Below are positions 60,721 through 64,000 of a DNA stretch of 64,000 nucleotides, one piece after another. The translations under genes were made by a program, and so were the position numbers. Numbering within the stretch: position 1 is the first letter of the stretch; every line of letters begins with the position of its first letter. The notes under the pieces were generated by a model that did not search any database, was not told where the DNA came from, and worked only from the letters and a program-made list of their open reading frames with translations. This DNA comes from the human T2T-CHM13v2.0 reference genome, Homo sapiens, in NCBI RefSeq assembly GCF_009914755.1, contig NC_060936.1. The stretch is one strand, 5' to 3'.

Positions 60721-61234
60721 TGTTGGGAGATAGCCTATTATGGGACACACTCTCAGTTACTTACACCATTTACCTATTCAAAAATAAAATAATTGTCTCA
60801 ATTTTATGCAAATGAATGCTTATGCCTTAAATTAAGATGTGTATAGCACTGTTGTCTGGTTCCTTAAAGTTTCCTCTGCTTAGATTCCTTGTTTTAGAGT
60901 CTATGCGCCTCTGTGACAAATACGTGGTGACAGCTTGGAGCAGGGCACCTAAACTAATCTCCCATAGTGATGAGGAGATAGGGTTGCTGTGTTTCTCAAT
61001 ATTCATATTTCAGAAGAGATGGGTTCCAAGACCTTGAGCAAAACATTTCTGGCTTTTGAAGCTGGCAAAAAGCTTACCTAGCCTTTGCAAAGATTGACAT
61101 ACACATCAAAGGAGGGGAGGAAGGATTCATAGATATTAGGTTTCTTGCGGAAATGCTTTAAAAAAGAGAGGAGGAGATGAAGTCTCTTTCCCTTTTGGCA
61201 ACAGGGAAAATTCTAAATGTTTTTACTTACCTTC
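60721..61234 (-). mobile_element. Possible old ERV1-class LTR (MER34/MER39-like)
   Basis: TG…CA bounds and motifs ccaagaccttgagcaaaacatttctgg / acatcaaaggagggg resemble this group; no clear TSD. Confidence 0.4.
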
Positions 61235-61889
61235 ATAATACCCAGGAACAAGGTGGACAGGGGGCTAATGCTGTAGAGAAGAGAGGAGGCGGAAGACAGC
61301 ACCAGGAATAAGTCAAGTCTCAGAATCATCATGATATTACAGAATCCCTTTCTTACACACCTGGGTGATATCGTGAAGAGTGAGGGAGAAGAAAATCTGA
61401 AGGTCTGAACATTTATCCTGTTGTTACAGGAGTTTCCTTAAAACTGCTTAAAAGATTAGATAGAACAGAATTTATCAGATTGGGTTAAATTATTTTTTCT
61501 CCTGATATCCAATGGAGTAGGGGCCCATGAAAAAAAAAACAGATAGGTTTTGAGAGATGTAGAAATTACATTTTTTTTGCCAATTTGTGTCTAATGCATA
61601 GATTGTGCTCCTGTAGGATACCTTTCTATAATTCACTGATACCATTGTTTTTAATTTGCATCATTGGCCATAGCTTGGCTCGTTTGTGTGAAAACAAAAC
61701 CAAATCAAATCAAACCAAAGCACACAAAACCTTTTTAAGCATGGGAGGAGTATCTGATATATACATGACCAAAATATGAGGTAAATATATATATTTAGAA
61801 GCGAATATCAAGTCTGGAGAATTGTAGTATACATAGTATAAACTATATGTTTATATATATCTTAATATAAAAAATTATTAAGGCTTTGT

Positions 61890-62172
61890 TTGTTATTTTT
61901 TTTTTTTTTGACAGAGTCTTGCTCTGTTGCCTGGGCTGGAGTGCAGTGGCATGATCTTGGCTGACTGCAACCTCTGCCTCCTGGGCTCAAGCAATTCTCC
62001 TGCCTCAGCCTCTTGAGTAGCTGGGATTACAGACACATGCCACCACACTTGGCTAATTTTTGTATTTTTAGTAGAGACGGGGTTTTGCCATGTTGGCCAG
62101 GCTGGTCTTGAACTCCCGACCTCAGGTGATCTGCCCGCCTTGGCAGCCCAAAGTGCCATTGCACCCAGGTGC
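61890..62172 (-). mobile_element. AluS SINE with small deletion near its 5' end
   Basis: Antisense Alu; caaagtgc|cattgcacccagg lacks the tgggattacagg segment. Confidence 0.9.
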
Positions 62173-62764
62173 CATTTTCCATTTTCCAGGGCTATCCTAC
62201 CTCCACTAAAAACAAACAAATAATTACATTATCATACATATCCTACTATTTCAGAGAGGGGGAACAAATATTGCATATAAATATTTGTTCAAAATTTGGC
62301 TCAAACGGATCTCAGAATTGGAAACTCTTCTTTGCTATTAACATCAAAGACTCACAGACAAAAGGGTACAATTTGGCTAAATTTAATGGTAGAGAAAAGA
62401 TTCTTAAACAGAATAGAACTTAAGCAAAAAAGAAAAACATTTTTTCGGAACTGGCTACAAGAAAAGGAGCTCCCTTGGACAATGCTTTTGGTGCAATTAT
62501 TTTAAGCTTCCCCTTAAACATGATGTGCTCTGGAAATTCATTGTGCCTGCAAATATCTGAGCTGATAGAAATCCACATGAATGGCCTTTTCATCTTCTTG
62601 TGTTGAGTCCAAAACATGGGATGCTGGATGTAGCTGAACTTTTCCAGAGGACTGGGTTACTACACCTATTTTCTTTTTAGAAACAGTGAATCCAATTTCT
62701 TGAGAAGTCCAGAATAAATTGTACCAAAATGGCTGGAATTTTTATGTTAAAAGTGCAATCATTG

Positions 62765-62931
<167 letters not shown>

Positions 62932-63562
62932 TTACAGAGTTTCCCTCAGACTGTGTTAACTCCACAACAATTTAGAGAAAAAGGTCATGCAGAGGCCTGA
63001 GGCTGCCTACCTCTTAGGTGAGAGTCCTTGATTTGCCCTGTTTTATTTTGTTCAGAAATAGTAAGCAGATCTAAATTTACATACAAAGCATCTTCCATTC
63101 TAGAATTTTGAGAATTCATTTAAAAAATCACATTATTTTAATAAATTTTACACCAAAAAATTTCACTGCCACACTCAATGACCTGGCAAAATCAAGAGAC
63201 TGCTTTATCAAACTTTGTTTTGGTTCTTGGGAAAATATGATTTTGTTATTTAAAAAAGTTGAACATTGCCTGTCAAGAAATATCTCACAACTTCAAACAT
63301 TAGAAAAATTCCTTTTGCTTTACTACTTCATTTAGAAAGTATTTGCTGGTAAATGTTCTTAATTTTTATTATACTATATGCTGAAGAGGACATATCTTGT
63401 CACTTACTGCCTAAATGCTGGGATAAGCTCACAAACTCACATATTTTTTAAGCAATAAATGTTCAGATAGTCCAGACAAACAGGAGATAGGATTTAAAAA
63501 TAAATCCTGGACAGTGCAGAGTACTCAGTGGGAAACTCAATATTGACTGATGGCAGATCGTC

Positions 63563-63939
63563 TGATATGGTTTGGCTGTGTCCCCACCCAAATCTCTTAT
63601 TGAATTGTAGTTCCCATAATCCCCATATGTCATGTGAAGGACCCAGTGGGAGGTAATTGAATCATGGGGGTGGTTACCTCCATGCTGTTCTTGTGATAGT
63701 GAGTTCTCATGAGATCTGATGGTTTTTTAAGGGGTTTTCCACCCTCTATGCATGGCACTTCTCCTTTATGTCATCATGTGAAGAAGGATGTGTCTGCTTC
63801 CCTTTCTGCCATGATTATAAGTTTCCAGAGGCCTCCCTAGCCATGCTGAACTAACTGTGAGTCAATTAAACCTCTTTCCTTTATAAATTACCCAGTCTCA
63901 GGTATGTCTTTATTAGCAGCATGAGAATGGGCTAATACA
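63563..63939 (+). mobile_element. THE1 (C/D-like) MaLR solo LTR, complete
   Basis: tgatatggtttggctgtgtcccc…gctaataca; degenerate TSD tcgtc / ccatc. Confidence 0.92.
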
Positions 63940-64000
63940 CCATCCTTTGCTGGAACCTATGTAGTAAAAAAAAACCTTTAAGCAAAATACTTAAAATGTA

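Overview
Primate (human or great-ape type) non-coding DNA dominated by transposable elements. I found no intact cellular protein-coding gene, RNA gene or CRISPR array. Main content: (1) 1-14 kb, mostly unique or old-repeat DNA (MIR, L2, MaLR LTRs, Alus) with a few candidate splice-site-bounded exons. (2) 14.1-34.7 kb, a four-tier nested insertion: old L1MC-like > Tigger1 > full-length L1MA3-like > full-length L1PA2-like, plus several Alus. (3) 36.5-42.0 kb, an internally deleted HERV-K(HML-3)/HERVK9 provirus with two MER9 LTRs on the minus strand. (4) 47.2-51.3 kb, a 3'-amputated L1PA5-7-like element inside half a THE1 LTR. (5) 56.3-57.0 kb, an old ADI1 (acireductone dioxygenase) retro-pseudogene with a 65-bp GT..AG insert exactly at one parental exon junction, its 3'UTR split by an L1PA7-like insertion. 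Subfamily names come from remembered consensus diagnostics and need RepeatMasker/Dfam confirmation. I see no evidence of a wholly new biological system. The most unusual signals are the semi-processed ADI1 copy, the re-started L1 ORF1, a templated Tigger1 duplication carrying a hairpin, and a deletion breakpoint at ~47195.
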